A stretch of DNA of 64,000 bases from Geobacter sp. UBA2189. Its GTDB lineage: Bacteria; Desulfobacterota; Desulfuromonadia; Geobacterales; Pseudopelobacteraceae. Shown in pieces: positions 62,619 to 64,000 of this stretch (its first letter is position 1; each line of letters starts with the position of its first letter). The stretch lies in NCBI GenBank assembly GCA_002328035.1, contig DCVL01000001.1:162-64161 (forward strand). The letters are read 5' to 3'. The notes below the pieces were generated by a model. It saw only the letters and a program-made list of their open reading frames with translations, was not told where the DNA came from and did not search any database. The position numbers were made by a program, and so were the translations under genes.

Positions 62619-63042
62619 GTCTTCTCAGATTTCAAAGGATAAAACCTTAGGCCAGTTTTTTCGTTATGCACTGATTGGTCTGCTGACAAATCTTCTTGGT
62701 TATGCCCTGTACCTTCTCCTGACTTATTTTGGGAGCGCACCTAAATTAACCATGACAGCGCTGTATTCTGTTGGAGCTCTCATCGGCTTCTTTGTAAACC
62801 GACGATTTACCTTTCGTCACGATGGTCACATCGGAGTGGCCGGCATTCGCTATCTAATGGCGCAACTGTTGGGCTACCTGCTGAATTTAACTTTGTTGGT
62901 ACTGTTTGTGGACTGGCTGGATTTTGCGCATCAAACCGTTCAGGCAGTTGCAATCGTTATAGTAGCTGTTTTCTTGTTTGTGCTATCGAGGTTTTTTGTG
63001 TTCCCAGTGCAACCTGCTGAGGTTGGAGCAGTCCGGTCATGA
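62608..63042 (+). CDS. GtrA-family membrane protein (putative polyprenyl-phosphate-sugar flippase component)
   Basis: ATG 62608 (MVSESSQISKDKTLGQFFRYALIGLLTNLLGYALY), 4 TM helices and the RRFTF motif. The ORF-track start at 62524 overlaps the previous gene by 95 nt. Confidence 0.8.
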   Translation: MVSESSQISKDKTLGQFFRYALIGLLTNLLGYALYLLLTYFGSAPKLTMTALYSVGALIGFFVNRRFTFRHDGHIGVAGIRYLMAQLLGYLLNLTLLVLFVDWLDFAHQTVQAVAIVIVAVFLFVLSRFFVFPVQPAEVGAVRS

Positions 63043-63914
63043 AAGTTTGTCTTAAGTGCAAACATCAATTTTCTTCAAATGGATGGATTTGCCCAGGGTG
63101 TAAGTATGAACCGCTTCAGTTGAATGGTTTTATTGCTCACGCGGAGGAGTTTGCGCATGGTGGGGGCGGATTCAAATCTGAGTATTTTGCCGAATTAGCC
63201 AGGTTAGAGAGTACAAACTTTTGGTTTCGGGCGCGTAACGAGCTGATTCTTTGGGCACTACGCACGTTCAAGCCTGACGCTCAGAGTTTTCTGGAGGTGG
63301 GCTGCGGGACTGGCTTTGTGCTTTCCGGCATTGCTGAATTACATCCAGATATGGCACTAAGCGGGAGCGAGATTTTCCTCGAGGGGTTGTCGCATGCAGC
63401 AACGCGGGTGACGTCTGCAAAGTTTATGCAAATGGATGCGCGTTGTGTGCCTTTTGTAGATGAGTTTGATGCAATTGGTACTTTTGATATGCTGGAGCAT
63501 GTTGATGAGGATGCGGGCGTCCTTGCCCAACTGCACAGAGCGCTGAGACCGGAGGGAGTTTTATTGCTGACTGTTCCACAGCATGCATGGTTATGGAGCA
63601 GATCCGATGACTATGCTTGTCACGTGCGGAGATACAATCGAATAGAAATTGAGGATAAGGTTCAAAAAGCAGGATTCAAACTTTTAAGAAGCACTTCTTT
63701 TATCACGACTCTTTTACCTGCCATGGTATTTTCTCGAGAAGTGCAGAAGCGGAAGAAAAGTCCTTTTGACCCTGCAGCCGAGCTAAAAATCGCGCCTTGG
63801 CTAAACACTGTCTTTGAGAAAGTTCTCTATATTGATCGAACACTTATTAAGCTAGGCCTAAACCTCCCTTTTGGGGGGTCTCGTTTGGTTGTGGCTAGGA
63901 AAAACAACAAGTGA
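63039..63914 (+). CDS. Class I SAM-dependent methyltransferase with an N-terminal zinc ribbon
   Basis: 291 aa with CLKCKH...CPGCKY, then the SAM motif FLEVGCGTGFVL and FDMLEHV. The ATG overlaps the GtrA stop. Confidence 0.75.
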   Translation: MKVCLKCKHQFSSNGWICPGCKYEPLQLNGFIAHAEEFAHGGGGFKSEYFAELARLESTNFWFRARNELILWALRTFKPDAQSFLEVGCGTGFVLSGIAELHPDMALSGSEIFLEGLSHAATRVTSAKFMQMDARCVPFVDEFDAIGTFDMLEHVDEDAGVLAQLHRALRPEGVLLLTVPQHAWLWSRSDDYACHVRRYNRIEIEDKVQKAGFKLLRSTSFITTLLPAMVFSREVQKRKKSPFDPAAELKIAPWLNTVFEKVLYIDRTLIKLGLNLPFGGSRLVVARKNNK

Positions 63915-63924
63915 GATATCAGCT

Positions 63925-64000
63925 ATGACAATACCCTTTAACAAGCCCTACATGACAGGCAAAGAGCTCTGGTACATTAGCCAAGCACATCACAACATGC
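63925..64000 (+). CDS. DegT/WecE-type sugar 4-aminotransferase, 5' end only (runs off window)
   Basis: MTIPFNKPYMTGKELWYISQAHHNM resembles the N-terminus of dTDP-4-amino-4,6-dideoxyhexose transaminases (E. coli WecE: MIPFNAPPVVGTELDYM..). Only 25 codons are visible. Confidence 0.6.
   Translation, partial: MTIPFNKPYMTGKELWYISQAHHNM

Noticed and set aside
56473-64000. A GC-content jump was expected at the putative island boundary.
   Set aside because: Hand counts of 100-nt samples gave ~48-49% inside the region and ~49% at 41.4 kb. Only the ribosomal operons are lower (29-45% in the samples). No compositional boundary can be claimed without a proper sliding-window computation.
1-64000. Search by eye for CRISPR arrays, long tandem repeats, IS elements, rRNA genes and inteins.
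   Set aside because: None found. The only repeats seen are short regulatory-scale palindromes and the intragenic amino-acid repeats reported above.

Overview
This 64-kb chromosomal window is most consistent, by gene content and protein sequences, with a Desulfobacterota (deltaproteobacterial, possibly Desulfobulbales-like) genome; that placement is inference only. Positions 1-31.7 kb form one uninterrupted same-strand translation/transcription superoperon: rpmG (3' end), tRNA-Trp, secE, nusG, rplKAJL, rpoBC, rpsLG, fusA, tuf, the S10 cluster, the spc cluster (including rpmD, which is too short for the ORF track), secY, adk, map, rpmJ (also not in the track), rpsMKD, rpoA and rplQ. Positions 31.7-56.4 kb hold mixed housekeeping and regulatory genes. 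In order: a DUF327 gene; an NtrY/NtrX-like two-component pair that appears cotranscribed with methylmalonyl-CoA decarboxylase; a eukaryotic-type citrate synthase; an M24 peptidase; a short PrmA-like methyltransferase; an SPFH-GYF plus double-zinc-ribbon membrane gene pair; a phasin-like gene plus a UbiB/ABC1 kinase; and a DUF853 (HerA-like) ATPase with a tiny Trp-repeat partner. These are followed by a decayed EAL gene and an hsp20 fragment, two intact hsp20 genes, a DUF4197 gene, an MFP-RND-OMF efflux operon and a DUF294 nucleotidyltransferase. Positions 56.5-64 kb begin at tRNA-Val and look accessory. They hold gmd, a decayed XRE/AbiEii-like toxin-antitoxin pair, and a tightly overlapping glycan operon (WbqC, GT2, methyltransferase, acetyltransferase, beta-propeller, GtrA, methyltransferase, aminotransferase) that runs off the window. 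I saw no CRISPR array, transposase, integrase or rRNA. No clearly novel multi-gene system is demonstrable from sequence alone. The best candidates for follow-up are: (a) the DUF853 ATPase with its 79-aa Trp-repeat partner; (b) the SPFH-GYF / zinc-ribbon membrane pair; (c) the Arn-like glycan operon next to tRNA-Val; (d) the sharply deviant GTA/ATA codon usage of tuf; and (e) a roughly 130-aa insertion in RpoB. Several ORF-track starts were corrected using RBS and N-terminal conservation.
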